Assembly (NCBI GenBank): GCA_045636905.1
Contig: JAZTYL010000032.1
Location: 20,781-84,780, forward strand
Length of the DNA: 64,000 nucleotides
Direction of reading: 5' to 3'
Origin: Akkermansia sp.
Lineage (GTDB): Bacteria; Verrucomicrobiota; Verrucomicrobiia; Verrucomicrobiales; Akkermansiaceae
Shown here piece after piece: positions 8,801-20,129 of the stretch. The notes beneath the pieces are model-generated. The model was not told where the DNA came from, did no database searches, and saw only the letters and a program-made list of their open reading frames with translations. The first letter of the stretch is position 1. Each line of letters begins with the position of its first letter. Made by a program: the position numbers and the translations under genes.

Positions 8801-10087
8801 ATGAAACGAACACTTACCATCGCCGCCTGTGCGATTCTGCCCTTGGTATCCTGTACGCAGTATGCGCCCGAACCGGTGGATTTGCAGGCAGATACTGCCA
8901 CCTGGCAGCAGACCAGCGCGGAAATGTGCGCAGGCAAAAAGAGCATGAGCCCGGCAGAGTTGCGCCGAATCGGCCTGCTCATGAACCCGGAGTTGCTCAA
9001 GGCGCGTCTCACCCATGCCAAGTCGCAGAGCAAGGCAGAGTATGCCGGGCTGTGGGAGGATCCGAGCCTGGGGCTGGAGATGGAGCGTGTCTTTGCGGAG
9101 AATATCACAAACCATGCCGTTTCTCCGTCTCTGGCCCTGCCGGTTACGGGGCTCCCGGCTCTGCGCAAGCGCATCGCAGAGCAGTATACGGAGGCGGACT
9201 ACTGGGATATGCGCGCGCGTGAGCGCGAGTTCATGACCGGGCTGGATATCCTGTGCTACAAGTTGCAGGCGGCGGAGGCTAAGCTGGGGCTGATGCGTAA
9301 GCGTCTGGAGCTTCTGCGCAGCGAGCAGCAGAGCATGACCCGCCTGCTGGAGCTGGGTGAGGTCGCCTTCGCAGATTACCAGACTGGCACGGAGCGACTC
9401 AATGCCACGATTAAGGAATTGCAGGAACAGGAGCGGGAATTGCTTACTCTGCAGCAGGAGCTGGTGAGCACGCTGGGGCTGCACCCCTCTGCCACCGGGC
9501 TCAAGCCTGCCGGGCGTCTGCCGCACGGCGTGCCGGCAGTGGTGGCTGCCCCCACCGCGGAGCAGATGCTGGATGCTCCCGCCATCAAATCTCAGCTGGC
9601 TTCCTACGGTGCAACGGAAGAAGAGCTGCGGGCGGAGATTCGCAAGCAGTACCCGGAGCTGGGTATCAGCGGGCTTTACGGCGTGGAGGACGACAACGAG
9701 AAGATGGAGTTCGGCGTGGAGTTTACTCTGCCGCTCTGGAACCGGAATCGTGAGGCTATCGCCGCTGCCGGCGGTGACCGCGAGCTGAAGAAGGCCGAAA
9801 CGCTGCAGGCCTGGCGTGCGATGCAGCAGGAAGCAGCGGCTCTGGTGGGTCAGCAGAAGTTGCTTCTGACGCATTGCCGCTCGGAGTTTGCCCGCCTCGT
9901 GGAGCTGGAAGCTGCCACAGAACAGCAGGAGAAACTCTTTTCCCTGGGCGAGACAAAGCTGCTGGAGTTGGCGGAAGCCCGTCACCTGGCCTATGAACGC
10001 AAAATCGCTTATCTGGATTGCCTCGTGAATCTGCTGGAGGCCCGCACAAAACTTCAATATCTTAACCCCTCTCATAATCAGCAATGA
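8801..10087 (+). CDS. TolC/CzcC-family outer membrane factor (lipoprotein)
   Basis: Start MKRTLTIAAC...LVSC lipobox; FTLPLWNRN motif; first gene of an OMF-MFP-RND triad. Confidence 0.85.
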   Translation: MKRTLTIAACAILPLVSCTQYAPEPVDLQADTATWQQTSAEMCAGKKSMSPAELRRIGLLMNPELLKARLTHAKSQSKAEYAGLWEDPSLGLEMERVFAENITNHAVSPSLALPVTGLPALRKRIAEQYTEADYWDMRAREREFMTGLDILCYKLQAAEAKLGLMRKRLELLRSEQQSMTRLLELGEVAFADYQTGTERLNATIKELQEQERELLTLQQELVSTLGLHPSATGLKPAGRLPHGVPAVVAAPTAEQMLDAPAIKSQLASYGATEEELRAEIRKQYPELGISGLYGVEDDNEKMEFGVEFTLPLWNRNREAIAAAGGDRELKKAETLQAWRAMQQEAAALVGQQKLLLTHCRSEFARLVELEAATEQQEKLFSLGETKLLELAEARHLAYERKIAYLDCLVNLLEARTKLQYLNPSHNQQ

Positions 10088-11757
10088 AACTGTCCCACCT
10101 TTTTGGTATAGCCCTGTCCCTCTGCACCGCCTCTGCTCTGAGCGCTGCGGAGCACAAGCACGAGCACGGCGAATCCTGCTCGCATGACCACTCGCATGCT
10201 CCCGCCGCAGCAGAGCACAAGCATGAGCATGGTGAATCCTGCTCGCACGACCACTCGCATGCTCCCGCCGCAGCAGAGCACAAGCATGAGCATGGTGAGT
10301 CCTGCTCACACGGCCATTCGCATGATTCCGCCGCTGCGGAGCACAAGCATGAGCATGGCGAGTCCTGCTCACACGACCACTCGCATGCCCCCGCCGCCGC
10401 AGAGCACAAGCACGAACACGGCGAATCCTGCTCACACGACCACTCGCATGCCCCCGCTGCTGCGGAGCACAAGCATGAACACGGCGAATCCTGCTCACAC
10501 GACCACTCGCATGCCCCCGCCGCTGCGGAGCACAAGCATGAGCACGGCGAGTCCTGTTCCCATGACCATTCGCATGACCACTCCCACGAGCACGGTGCGG
10601 GTTGCTCTCACGACCATGCGGGTCACAACCATGCACCGGGGGAAAGCTGTGGCGGGGAGGCTATCATAGTGGAGGCGGATGCCCGCGCCCGCGACCTCAT
10701 GAACATGCGTCTGGAGACGGTGCCGGAGCTCACGGAGGTGCTGGTGCACTCCCTCTATGGATTCCTGACCACGCCGGATCACGCCATGCAGACATACGCG
10801 CTGCCCTGTGGCGGCCGCATTGTGCTGCATGTCAAATCTGCCCAGAGTGTCAAAAAGGGAGATTTGCTTTACACGCTGCAGAGTCCGGATATCATGGAGC
10901 AGGAGGCGGAGGTGATTCGCATCAATGCCGAGGTGACTCGCTGCCGGGCAGAGATTGCCGTGCTGGAGGAGCGCAAGAGCGAACTGGCCTCTGCCGGAAC
11001 CCGCAACCGAGATGTGGAAGTGGAGCTGGCCGTGAAACAGGCTGAGCTGACTCGCCAGCAGGCCGAGCTGGCCGCTGTGGAGGCGCGCCTGAGCATGCTG
11101 ACCCTGGGCGGTAAACTGCGCAAGGAGGGAAATCTCACCGTGCTGGAGGTCAGCGCCGCGGCGGATGGTACCGTGCGCAATATCGGTGTGACTCAGGGCA
11201 GCTGGGGCGAGCAGGGTAAGCCCGTGGTCTCCATGAGCAACCTTGCCGAGATGGAGATTGCCACCACCATCTACGGTTCGGATGTGCCGCACTTCAGCGC
11301 GGTGCGGGCCACTATACCTGCCGGTCGCGAGCAGGTGGCGGTGAAGGGTTCCTGGCGTCTGGCCGAGGAAGTGGATGCTGCTACCCGCACCCGCGAGCTT
11401 TACTTCAAACCTGATACCATACCCGCCAATGTCAGCCCCGGACAGCTCTGCCGCGTCGATTTGTACGATGCCTGCGAGAGTCACGGCAAAATTTCCATAC
11501 CCGATTCTGCCGTGGTGAAGGTGGGTGTGGATGACGTGGTGTTCGTGGAGATTGGCGAGGGCAAGTTTGCCATGGTGAAGGTGCATGCCGGCACCAGCCG
11601 CCGAGGCATGACCCCCGTGAGCGGTCTGACTCCCGGCCAGAAGATAGTGGTGAAGGGTGGCTACGAGCTCAAATATCTGATACCCGGCGACGGGCAGCAG
11701 AAGAAAGCCGGCCACTTCCACGCGGATGGTGTGTTCCACGAAGGCGAAGACCACTGA
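10084..11757 (+). CDS. RND periplasmic adaptor (CzcB-like) with N-terminal His/Cys-rich repeats
   Basis: Lipoyl-like VKKGDLLYTL, coiled hairpin, VDAATRT, IPDSAVV, GLTPGQKIVVKG; His-rich tail. Confidence 0.88.
   Translation: MKLSHLFGIALSLCTASALSAAEHKHEHGESCSHDHSHAPAAAEHKHEHGESCSHDHSHAPAAAEHKHEHGESCSHGHSHDSAAAEHKHEHGESCSHDHSHAPAAAEHKHEHGESCSHDHSHAPAAAEHKHEHGESCSHDHSHAPAAAEHKHEHGESCSHDHSHDHSHEHGAGCSHDHAGHNHAPGESCGGEAIIVEADARARDLMNMRLETVPELTEVLVHSLYGFLTTPDHAMQTYALPCGGRIVLHVKSAQSVKKGDLLYTLQSPDIMEQEAEVIRINAEVTRCRAEIAVLEERKSELASAGTRNRDVEVELAVKQAELTRQQAELAAVEARLSMLTLGGKLRKEGNLTVLEVSAAADGTVRNIGVTQGSWGEQGKPVVSMSNLAEMEIATTIYGSDVPHFSAVRATIPAGREQVAVKGSWRLAEEVDAATRTRELYFKPDTIPANVSPGQLCRVDLYDACESHGKISIPDSAVVKVGVDDVVFVEIGEGKFAMVKVHAGTSRRGMTPVSGLTPGQKIVVKGGYELKYLIPGDGQQKKAGHFHADGVFHEGEDH
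10147..10590 (+). repeat. 63-bp coding tandem repeat, about 7 copies of AEHKHEHGESCSHDHSHAPAA
   Basis: Six full 21-aa units plus a partial seventh, with synonymous variation between copies. Confidence 0.95.
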
Positions 11758-11789
11758 GGCGCCCGATTCAGAATAGAGAACTTTCAGTC

Positions 11790-14700
11790 ATGAATGCACT
11801 GATTTCTTTCTGTCTTAAAAATCGCATCACCGTGATGCTCATCACGATGGTGCTGGCCGTGGTGAGCGGCTGGCTGGTGAGCACGCTGCCGGTGGATGTG
11901 TTCCCGGAGCTTAAGCAGCCGCGCGTCACCATCCAGACCGAGGCCGGCGGCCTCTCCGCTGAGGAGGTGGAGCAGTATGTCTCCATTCCCCTGGAGTCTG
12001 CGATGCAGGGAACACCCGGCGTGCGCAAGGTGAGCTCCTCCTCCGGCAATGGCCTCTCTTTTGTGTGGGTGGATTTCGACTGGGATGTGGATATCTACCT
12101 CGCCCGCCAGATTGTCTCGGAGCGCATGGCAACCGTGCGCGAACAACTCCCCGAACAGGTGGAGTGCGAGATGGCTCCCATCGTCTCCGTCACCGGCGAG
12201 ATTATGGTGATTGCCATCCAGGGGGATGAAACGGCCGACCCGCTGGAGGTGCGCCGCGTGGGTGAGTTCGAGCTGCGCAACCGCCTGCTGGCTATCCCCG
12301 GTGTGGGGCAGGTGACTGTGCTGGGTGGTCGCCTGCCGGAGTACCAGGTGGCCTACGACCCGGAGAAGATGCGGCAGGCCGGCGTGAGCTTTGCCGACCT
12401 CCGCAATACCGTGGAGGCTGCCCAGAGCAGCATACCCGCCGGGTATCTGGAAGATGTCGCCGGTGTGGAGCTGCCCGTGCAGCAGAATACGCGCGCCTTT
12501 ACTCCGGAGCACCTGCGCCGCGCGATTGTGACCGACCACCCCACGGATGGTGTGGTGCGTCTGGAAGATGTGGCGGAGGTTAAGATAGATGGCGCCCCGC
12601 GCCGTGGCAATGCCGGTTATGCCGGTGGCGAGGCTGTGGTGCTTTCCGTGCAGAAGGTGCCGGGGGCTAATACCCTGGACCTCACCTACGCCGTGGATGC
12701 CGCGGTCAGAGAGTTTGCCTCCAGCCGCCTGCCGTCCAACATGAAGTTGCACGCAGATGGCTACCGCCAGGCAGACTTTATCGAGCTTTCTCTGGAAAAT
12801 GGTAAAGAGACTTTATTAATTGCGGCGGTTGTGGTGGTGCTGGTCATCGTGCTGACGCTGCTCAATATCCGCACGGCCGTCATCACGCTCATCAGCATGC
12901 CGCTCTCGGTGTTGTTCGGTATGGCGCTGTTCCCGGTATTCGGGCTGGGTGTCAATATCATGACCCTGGGTGGTCTGGCCGTGGCGGTGGGTGATGTGGT
13001 GGACAACGCCATCGTCTTTGTGGAGATAGCCTGGCGCAACCTCAGCCGCAATGCCGCCCTGCCGCCGGAGCAGCGCCGGAGCCGCTATCGCGTGCTCATG
13101 GAGGCCAAGAATGAGATTGTGGGCTCCATCAGCTACTCCTCCGTCATCATCCTGCTGGTGTTTGCTCCTCTGCTTTTCCTGAGCGGCATCGAGGGGCAAT
13201 TCTACCGCCCGCTGGGTATCTCGTACATGCTGGCACTGGCTGCCTCTCTGCTGGTGGCGCTCACGGTCATTCCCACTCTGTGCATCATCTGGTTCAAAGC
13301 CGGCAAGATGGCGGGCGAGGATGGCGATTCTGCCTCAGCTCGTTTCATCAAACGCCTCTACCAGCCGGTGCTCAACTTCTGCCTGCGCTGGCCCAAGTCC
13401 GTGTTCGGTGCTCTGCTGGCCCTTACCGGCGCGACCCTCTGGCTGGGCAGCACATACGGCACCAGCTTCCTGCCTCCCTTCAATGAGGATTGCTACACCC
13501 TTTTCGTGAACTGCGTCCCCGGCACCTCGCTGGAGGAGACGGAACGTATCTCCCGCCAGGTCATGAAAAAAGTGCAGCAGATAGAGGGCGTGAAAACCGT
13601 CACTCAGCGCACCGGTCGCGCGGAGAACGATGAGCATGCCGAGCCGGTGAGCGCCAGTGAGCTGGTGGTGCGTGTGGATCTGTCTGTGGACCAGCGTCGC
13701 ATGCGCGAGCAGTTCAAAGAGGCCATGCGAGGTATCCCCGGTGTGTCCGGCATGGTGGGTTTCCCCATAGCGCACCGCATCAGCTCGGCACTTTCCAATT
13801 CCAACTCCGAGATCGCCATCAACATCTTCGGCGATGACCTGCCCCGTATCCGCGAGGCTGCCAAAAAGGCAGCGGATATTCTGGCGTCCATGCATGAGGT
13901 GGCAGATGCCCGCGCCAACCGCGAAGTGATGGTGGATACCATCCATGTGGACTACAACCGCGAGGTACTGGCCGCCTATGGTCTTACCATGGCCGATGCG
14001 GCGGATCAGGTTTCCGCAGCGCTCAACGGTATGCAGGTGGGCGAGATTATCCGCAACCTGGACCACTGGAACGTGGTGCTGCGACTGGATGCCGACCTGC
14101 GCCGCAGCATCGATGATGTGCGCAATCTCCAGCTGGTAGGCCCCGGCGGCAAGAAAGTGCCGTTGGGTGAAGTGGCGCATGTGTACCGCGCCGAGACGAC
14201 CAACCTCATCCTGCGCGATAACTCCCGCCGCAAGGCCATGATTTCCTGCAACCCCTCTCCGGACAGCAACCTGGGCGACCTTGCCAAGGCCTGTCGCGAG
14301 AAACTCGACCCTGCCATGAATGCCCTCGGCTGCTCGGTGGAGTACGCCGGCACCATCAAGAGCCGCGAGGATGCCGCACAGCGTCTGTACCTGCTGGGCG
14401 GTATCGTGTGCGTGCTTATCGTGCTGCTGCTGGCCAGCTCTCTGGGTAGCGTGCGGCGTGCCATGGTCACACTCATCAACATTCCGCTCTGCCTGGTGGG
14501 CGGTATTCTGGCCGTGTTCCTGGCCTCGCCGGATACGGTGAGCTCCGTGCTCGCCGGCGGCTACATCCACCCCATTCTTTCCGTCAGCTCCATTGTGGGA
14601 TTTGTGACGGTTATCGGCTTTGCCATCCGCTCCGGTCTTATTCTGCTGAACCGCTACCGCGCTCTCGAGCTCGGCGGCATGAGCGCAGAGGAGGCCATCC

Positions 14701-14933
14701 GTGCCGGTTCTGCCGAGCGTGTGATTCCCATCATCATGACCTCCCTTACCACCATTCTGGGTCTGCTCCCCCTCATCTGGGCCAGGGACCAGCCCGGCGG
14801 CGAGCTGCTGGCTCCGCTCGCCATCGTGCAGTTCGGCGGTCTTGTGAGTGCCACGATTCTGAATCTTCTGGTCATACCTGCCACCTGCAAGATTTTTGCG
14901 CGCTTCATCTCCCCCGGGGATGCGAACGACTGA
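11790..14933 (+). CDS. CusA/CzcA-family heavy-metal RND permease
   Basis: [44 protein letters not shown]; 1047 aa with 12-TM RND layout. Confidence 0.92.
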   Translation: MNALISFCLKNRITVMLITMVLAVVSGWLVSTLPVDVFPELKQPRVTIQTEAGGLSAEEVEQYVSIPLESAMQGTPGVRKVSSSSGNGLSFVWVDFDWDVDIYLARQIVSERMATVREQLPEQVECEMAPIVSVTGEIMVIAIQGDETADPLEVRRVGEFELRNRLLAIPGVGQVTVLGGRLPEYQVAYDPEKMRQAGVSFADLRNTVEAAQSSIPAGYLEDVAGVELPVQQNTRAFTPEHLRRAIVTDHPTDGVVRLEDVAEVKIDGAPRRGNAGYAGGEAVVLSVQKVPGANTLDLTYAVDAAVREFASSRLPSNMKLHADGYRQADFIELSLENGKETLLIAAVVVVLVIVLTLLNIRTAVITLISMPLSVLFGMALFPVFGLGVNIMTLGGLAVAVGDVVDNAIVFVEIAWRNLSRNAALPPEQRRSRYRVLMEAKNEIVGSISYSSVIILLVFAPLLFLSGIEGQFYRPLGISYMLALAASLLVALTVIPTLCIIWFKAGKMAGEDGDSASARFIKRLYQPVLNFCLRWPKSVFGALLALTGATLWLGSTYGTSFLPPFNEDCYTLFVNCVPGTSLEETERISRQVMKKVQQIEGVKTVTQRTGRAENDEHAEPVSASELVVRVDLSVDQRRMREQFKEAMRGIPGVSGMVGFPIAHRISSALSNSNSEIAINIFGDDLPRIREAAKKAADILASMHEVADARANREVMVDTIHVDYNREVLAAYGLTMADAADQVSAALNGMQVGEIIRNLDHWNVVLRLDADLRRSIDDVRNLQLVGPGGKKVPLGEVAHVYRAETTNLILRDNSRRKAMISCNPSPDSNLGDLAKACREKLDPAMNALGCSVEYAGTIKSREDAAQRLYLLGGIVCVLIVLLLASSLGSVRRAMVTLINIPLCLVGGILAVFLASPDTVSSVLAGGYIHPILSVSSIVGFVTVIGFAIRSGLILLNRYRALELGGMSAEEAIRAGSAERVIPIIMTSLTTILGLLPLIWARDQPGGELLAPLAIVQFGGLVSATILNLLVIPATCKIFARFISPGDAND

Positions 14934-14947
14934 TGCCGCTTTTCTCC

Positions 14948-14975
14948 GCCCCCGCCTCAGTGCGGGGGCTTTGTG
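14948..14975 (+). terminator. Probable intrinsic terminator after RND operon
   Basis: GCCCCCGC...GCGGGGGC hairpin followed by tttgtgttatt. Confidence 0.6.
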
Positions 14976-15064
14976 TTATTCTGCCCGCAGGAGATTTTCT
15001 GCGGGCATATGCTTTCAATGTATAGGTTTCTGTGCCATAAGGGGCAGGAAAAACGGGAATGCGG

Positions 15065-15093
15065 TTGACATTCGCGGTGCAGGGTACTACAAT
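15065..15093 (+). promoter_or_regulatory. sigma70-type promoter of kbl
   Basis: TTGACA-17 nt-TACAAT. Confidence 0.7.
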
Positions 15094-15129
15094 GCCTCGC
15101 CGGCCGAAACAGCAGCGGCAGCACAGAAT

Positions 15130-16329
15130 ATGTACAACGAAGATTTCAGAAACCGCATCATCACCGACCTCGCCGCTCTGAAGGAGGCAGGTCTTTACAA
15201 GCAGGAGCGCTACATCGCCACACCTCAGTTCTCCGAGGTGGGCCTGAAGGATGGCAGCAAGGTCATCAACATGTGCGCCAACAACTACCTGGGTCTTGCC
15301 AACCACCCCGAGCTGGAGAAAGCCGCCAAGGAGGCTATCGACCGCTGGGGCTTCGGTATGGCTTCCGTGCGTTTCATCTGCGGTACGCAGACTCTGCACC
15401 AGCAGCTGGAGGAGCGCCTGAGCGCCTTCCTCGGCACGGAGGATACCATCCTCTTCGGTTCCTGCTTCGATGCCAACGGCGGTCTCTTCGAGGCTCTGCT
15501 CAGCAAGGAGGACGCTATCGTGTCCGACTCCCTGAACCACGCTTCCATCATCGACGGTGTGCGCCTCTGCAAGGCTGCCCGCTACCGCTACGCCAACAAC
15601 GACATGGCTGACCTGGAGGCCAAGCTGCAGGAGGCTAAGGCAAACGGCGCCCGCACCATCCTCATCTCCACCGACGGTGTGTTCTCCATGGACGGTATCG
15701 TGGCCAGCCTGGACAAGATTCACGAGCTTGCCGAGAAGTACGGTGCACTGGTGCACTTCGACGAGTCCCACGCCACCGGCGTGCTGGGTGCCCGCGGTCG
15801 CGGTACGCACGAGCATTGCGGTCTGTTCGGCAAGATTGACATCACCACCGGCACCTTCGGTAAGGCTCTGGGTGGTGCTTCCGGCGGCTATGTGAGCGCC
15901 CGCAAGGAGGTTGTGGACATGCTGCGCCAGAAGTCCCGCCCCTACCTGTTCTCCAACAGCGTGATGCCCGCCATCGCTGCCACCACCATCAAGGTTATCG
16001 ACATGCTGGAGTCCTCCACGGAGCTGACCGAGCGCGTGCAGAGCAACGCTGCCTACTTCCGCAAGGGTATGGAGCAGTGCGGCTTCACGCTCGCCGGTGC
16101 CGGCCACGCCATCGTGCCGGTGATGCTGGGCGATGCCGCTCTCTCCCAGCGCATGAGCAACCGCCTGCTGGAGCTTGGCGTCTACGCCATGGGCTTCTTC
16201 TACCCCGTGGTGCCCAAGGGCCAGGCCCGCATCCGCACCCAGATTTCCGCCGCTCACACCACCGAGCAGCTCGACCGCGCCATTGCAGCCTTCGCTCAGG
16301 CCGGCAAGGAACTGGGGGTTATCAGCTGA
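15130..16329 (+). CDS. kbl: Glycine C-acetyltransferase (2-amino-3-ketobutyrate CoA ligase)
   Basis: [57 protein letters not shown]; start moved to MYNEDF. Confidence 0.93.
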   Translation: MYNEDFRNRIITDLAALKEAGLYKQERYIATPQFSEVGLKDGSKVINMCANNYLGLANHPELEKAAKEAIDRWGFGMASVRFICGTQTLHQQLEERLSAFLGTEDTILFGSCFDANGGLFEALLSKEDAIVSDSLNHASIIDGVRLCKAARYRYANNDMADLEAKLQEAKANGARTILISTDGVFSMDGIVASLDKIHELAEKYGALVHFDESHATGVLGARGRGTHEHCGLFGKIDITTGTFGKALGGASGGYVSARKEVVDMLRQKSRPYLFSNSVMPAIAATTIKVIDMLESSTELTERVQSNAAYFRKGMEQCGFTLAGAGHAIVPVMLGDAALSQRMSNRLLELGVYAMGFFYPVVPKGQARIRTQISAAHTTEQLDRAIAAFAQAGKELGVIS

Positions 16330-16438
16330 GATAAATCACCACTGATTCACTACTGAGAATTCGGCGTCTTCGGTTTTCAGCCGGGAGTTTTTCCTGCGCC
16401 GGAGATGCCGGATTCTCACTTTACAGCCGGCAGCTCAC

Positions 16439-17821
16439 ATGTATACGAGTCTTTTTGATGTCTTTTCCATCGGCATTGGCCCCTCCAGTTCGCACACCAT
16501 GGGTCCCATGCGCGCGGCAGCTACTTTTGCCGCAGACCTGAACGCAAAAGGCCTTCTGCGCCGTGTGGCTCGAGTGCAGACGGAGCTGTACGGCTCGCTG
16601 GCGCTTACGGGCGAGGGGCACGGCACGCCGGAGGCTGTGATATACGGTCTGCTGGGGTTGGATGCCGAGACGCTCGATCTGAACACGGACTACATAGGCC
16701 GTGTGCGCAGCAGTGGGCTGTTGCTGCTGGGCGGGGAGCATGAGATTCCCTTCAACGCCTCGCGCGACATTGTGCTCTGCAAAGCCATCACCCTGCCGGA
16801 GCATGCCAACGGCATGTGCGTGCGCGCCTGGAATGCCGCGGGTATTCTGCTGCACGAGGAGGTCTTTTTCTCCATAGGCGGTGGTGCGATACGACGCCGC
16901 AGCGAAATGGAGCATGGGCCTGCCGCACCTGCCCGCCACGTGCCCTACGAGTTCAACACCTGCGCGGAGCTCATGGATTTGTGCCGCCGCGAGAATATCA
17001 CCATCGCCGGCGCTGTGCGCTGCAACGAGGCTTCCCTGCGCCCGGCTCAGCTGGTGAGCCACCGTGTGAAGCAGCTCTGCAGAACCATGCACGACGCTAT
17101 CGAGCGCGGTACGGCTACCTCCGGCACGCTGCCGGGCGTGCTGAAGCTGACACGCCGTGCGCCTATTATCTTCAAACGTCTGGAAAAACTCTTCTACGAG
17201 AACCGCACGGATGCGCTCACCATCATCGACTGGATTAACCTCTGGGCCTTCGCCGTGGCGGAGGAGAACGCCGCAGGCGGACGCGTAGTGACGGCTCCCA
17301 CCATGGGCAGCGCCGGTGTGCTGCCGGCTGTGCTGCGCTACTACGAGCGCTACGGGCACAAGGAATCCCCCTTCTCGCTGGAGGGTGGGCGCGAGGTGTT
17401 CCTGCTCACAGCTTCGGCAATCTGCAGTCTGTACCGGGCCAATGCCTCCATCTCCGGGGCAGAAGTGGGCTGCCAGGGCGAGGTGGGCGTAGCCTGTTCC
17501 ATGGCTGCTGCCGGTCTTGCCGCTGCCATGGGTGGCACCAACGCGCAGATTGAAAACGCTGCGGAGATTGCCATGGAGCATAACCTCGGGCTCACCTGCG
17601 ACCCCATCTGCGGCCTGGTGCAGGTGCCCTGCATCGAGCGCAACGCCATCGGCGCTGTGAAGGCGGTGAACGCCACCCGCCTGGCCCTGCGAGGCGACGG
17701 CTCGCACTACGTCAGCCTCGACAGCGTTATCACCACGATGTACGAAACGGGGCGCCACCTGCACAGCGATTACAAGGAAACGGCTCTGGGCGGTCTGGCG
17801 GCCCACGCTCTCACGTGCTGA
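16439..17821 (+). CDS. sdaA: L-serine dehydratase, Fe-S dependent, single chain
   Basis: [45 protein letters not shown]. Confidence 0.93.
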   Translation: MYTSLFDVFSIGIGPSSSHTMGPMRAAATFAADLNAKGLLRRVARVQTELYGSLALTGEGHGTPEAVIYGLLGLDAETLDLNTDYIGRVRSSGLLLLGGEHEIPFNASRDIVLCKAITLPEHANGMCVRAWNAAGILLHEEVFFSIGGGAIRRRSEMEHGPAAPARHVPYEFNTCAELMDLCRRENITIAGAVRCNEASLRPAQLVSHRVKQLCRTMHDAIERGTATSGTLPGVLKLTRRAPIIFKRLEKLFYENRTDALTIIDWINLWAFAVAEENAAGGRVVTAPTMGSAGVLPAVLRYYERYGHKESPFSLEGGREVFLLTASAICSLYRANASISGAEVGCQGEVGVACSMAAAGLAAAMGGTNAQIENAAEIAMEHNLGLTCDPICGLVQVPCIERNAIGAVKAVNATRLALRGDGSHYVSLDSVITTMYETGRHLHSDYKETALGGLAAHALTC

Positions 17822-18558
17822 TGCTGCGCGTATGTTCAGCTCTGTGGCTTTGCCTCTGCCCGCTTCTGCCCGCGGCAGAAGTTGCGCCGCTTGAGGTGCC
17901 TGCGGACTCGGGGCTGAAGCTCAGCCATGTCGCGCAACAACTGGCCGCCTGTCCGGAAACTGCCGAGGGGCTGCGGCAGCGACTCGGTATCATCCTGCAC
18001 GAGTTGAGGCGTAACCCTTTCGCATACGATACCGATTACCTGCCCACTCCGCGTCTCGAGCTGATTCCGGTCACCGTCAGCTCCGGTTCCGCGCACCATC
18101 TGGGTGGTACGCAGTGGGCTGCAAGCGCGACGCAGGTGAGTTTCCGCATGAACTTTTTCACTGCGGCTCTTCCGGCTGCCACGGATGAGGCGAGCCGACT
18201 GCAGCGTGAGCTCATTCTGGTGGATACTCTGGTGCACGAGCTGGCACACTGTTACTTCTTTGCCCGCTACCCCAAGCTCGCCAAGACCGAGTCGGAAGCC
18301 GCTCTGACTATCTGCGAGGGATACGCCATCCACGTGGCACGCCTCTTCATGCAGCGACATTATTTCCCCCGGCACCCGAATACCGGCAGTTTCTACGAAA
18401 ACACCTTCCTCAGCCCCGCGTATCGCCGTTATTACCACGGCTTTCTCAAATCGTACCTTAAAGATGGGCTGCTGCAGTGGCCGCTTATTGATGAGCAGGA
18501 GCTTCGTGTTGCGCCGCCCGGCTATATCCTGCGCAGCCGCTTGCAGGTGGGAAAATAG
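17815..18558 (+). CDS. Secreted putative zinc metallopeptidase
   Basis: Signal peptide; TLVHELAH (HExxH) and downstream CEGYA gluzincin-like glutamate. Confidence 0.55.
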   Translation: MLMLRVCSALWLCLCPLLPAAEVAPLEVPADSGLKLSHVAQQLAACPETAEGLRQRLGIILHELRRNPFAYDTDYLPTPRLELIPVTVSSGSAHHLGGTQWAASATQVSFRMNFFTAALPAATDEASRLQRELILVDTLVHELAHCYFFARYPKLAKTESEAALTICEGYAIHVARLFMQRHYFPRHPNTGSFYENTFLSPAYRRYYHGFLKSYLKDGLLQWPLIDEQELRVAPPGYILRSRLQVGK

Positions 18559-18580
18559 TTAAAAAAAAAGCAACTATTGC

Positions 18581-18609
18581 TTGACGTAAGTCTCTCTGCC
18601 TGCTAGAAT
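18581..18609 (+). promoter_or_regulatory. sigma70 promoter, leaderless configuration
   Basis: TTGACG-17 nt-TAGAAT, 6 nt before ATG 18616. Confidence 0.7.
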
Positions 18610-18615
18610 ACCCGC

Positions 18616-20064
18616 ATGGACACCGTGTGGATAAAGCTTATAGTAAAAGTCGGACTTGTTCTGGCCGGGTTGGCTCTGTGTTTTTTGTGGTATCACATCA
18701 AGTTTTCGTTGATTGGGCGCAGGATAACCGGCGCCATCGAGCGTAACGATGTGGCGGGACTTCGTATACTGCTGCAGCGCTACCGCAAATACCTGGTGGA
18801 GGATGACTGCGACGTGCTGGTGGCTTTCCTGATGGTAGCGGCCATGAACGACAGCGCTGCGTGCATGAAGGAATTGCTGGCGCTGGGCGATGCGGCTCAG
18901 ATGCAGAAAAAAGCGATGGAGGATGAGGAAGCGGAGCTGCTGAACCTCTGTGTGCAGCACGGTTCTCCGGAAGTACTGCGGGAGATGCTGGCTGCCGGCA
19001 TGAAGGCGGAGGTGGAGACCGAATCTCCCTGGCTGCGTTGCTTCGTGTATGGCTCGGTGGAGAAAGCTCGTGTACTGGCAGAGTTCGGTGCGGATAAGGT
19101 GACAGAAGAGCAGATGGAGGAGGAGCATGGCAATACGCCCCTGCACGCCGTGGTGTATGGCTGGTTTTATGACCCCAAGTCCTCCGGTGTCATGCTGGAT
19201 TATCTCTTGAACGAATACGGGGCGGATGTGAATGCCTGCACACCTTCCGGCAACACGCCACTGGACCTCGCCTGTTCTGAAACGCAGGTGGGCTACGAGG
19301 GGAACGATGAACTGCGACGCAAGCTCACGGAGGCCGGTGCTGTGCGTGGGCGCAGCCTGCGTGTCCCGGAGCCGGAGTACAGCGGACGCGTCTTTGTGCA
19401 GGGCGAGCTGCCGGAGCTTTCGGCCATGGCCGGTGCGCTGCCGCAGGGCGTTACGATGGTCGGGCATGATGAGCCCTGGGACAAGGAGAAGCTTTCCGCT
19501 CTGCTGGAGGAGGGGAGCATCAAAAGCGAGGTGGCAGAGCGCATGCTTTCCCACACTCACTATGTGGAAGTGACGGCACGCGGAAACAAGGGCGAAGACC
19601 CCATAAGCGTTGCCGAGCGCGCCCTCCTGGTGCTGCGCATGCTCGAAACCATGCCGGATGTGGTGGGTGTGCAGCTGATGTATGCCGTGGGGGGAGCATT
19701 CCGGAGCGAAGACGAAACGCTGTATCCGTACGACCTGGTCGGGGTGGCGCTCGGGCGCACGGATGAGGATGCGTACCTGCTGGCCACGCGCGGCATGGAA
19801 GTTTACGGATTGCCGGAGGTGGAGCTGGAAATGCCGGAGGAGGTGTTTGAAAGCGGCAAGCTTTCGCCCTTTGCTCCGCTGGCGGATGTGCTCCTCCAGC
19901 TCATGCGGGGTACCGCTGCCATCGAGCCCGGGCATACCATGACCCTCTGTAACCTCTTCTCGGAGGTGGAATGGGATCGGCATCTTACCACAGGAAACCT
20001 TGGCTACCGCATCCTGATGTCGGATGAGGCCACGCCCGAGCACTTGCTCCAACCTGCAGAATAA
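18616..20064 (+). CDS. N-terminal TM + ankyrin repeats + DUF4261-like domain
   Basis: GNTPLHAVV, GADVNAC..GNTPLDLA; C-terminal ATRGMEVYGLPEVELE. Confidence 0.7.
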   Translation: MDTVWIKLIVKVGLVLAGLALCFLWYHIKFSLIGRRITGAIERNDVAGLRILLQRYRKYLVEDDCDVLVAFLMVAAMNDSAACMKELLALGDAAQMQKKAMEDEEAELLNLCVQHGSPEVLREMLAAGMKAEVETESPWLRCFVYGSVEKARVLAEFGADKVTEEQMEEEHGNTPLHAVVYGWFYDPKSSGVMLDYLLNEYGADVNACTPSGNTPLDLACSETQVGYEGNDELRRKLTEAGAVRGRSLRVPEPEYSGRVFVQGELPELSAMAGALPQGVTMVGHDEPWDKEKLSALLEEGSIKSEVAERMLSHTHYVEVTARGNKGEDPISVAERALLVLRMLETMPDVVGVQLMYAVGGAFRSEDETLYPYDLVGVALGRTDEDAYLLATRGMEVYGLPEVELEMPEEVFESGKLSPFAPLADVLLQLMRGTAAIEPGHTMTLCNLFSEVEWDRHLTTGNLGYRILMSDEATPEHLLQPAE

Positions 20065-20129
20065 GGATTTTTCGCTTTTTTTCGGAAAAAGATTGAACGA
20101 AACGCCTCCGGCCGGTGTCTTAACCTACA

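Noticed and set aside
10147-10590. Possible CRISPR array (also the ssb repeats)
   Set aside because: In-frame coding repeats with no unique spacers and no cas genes.
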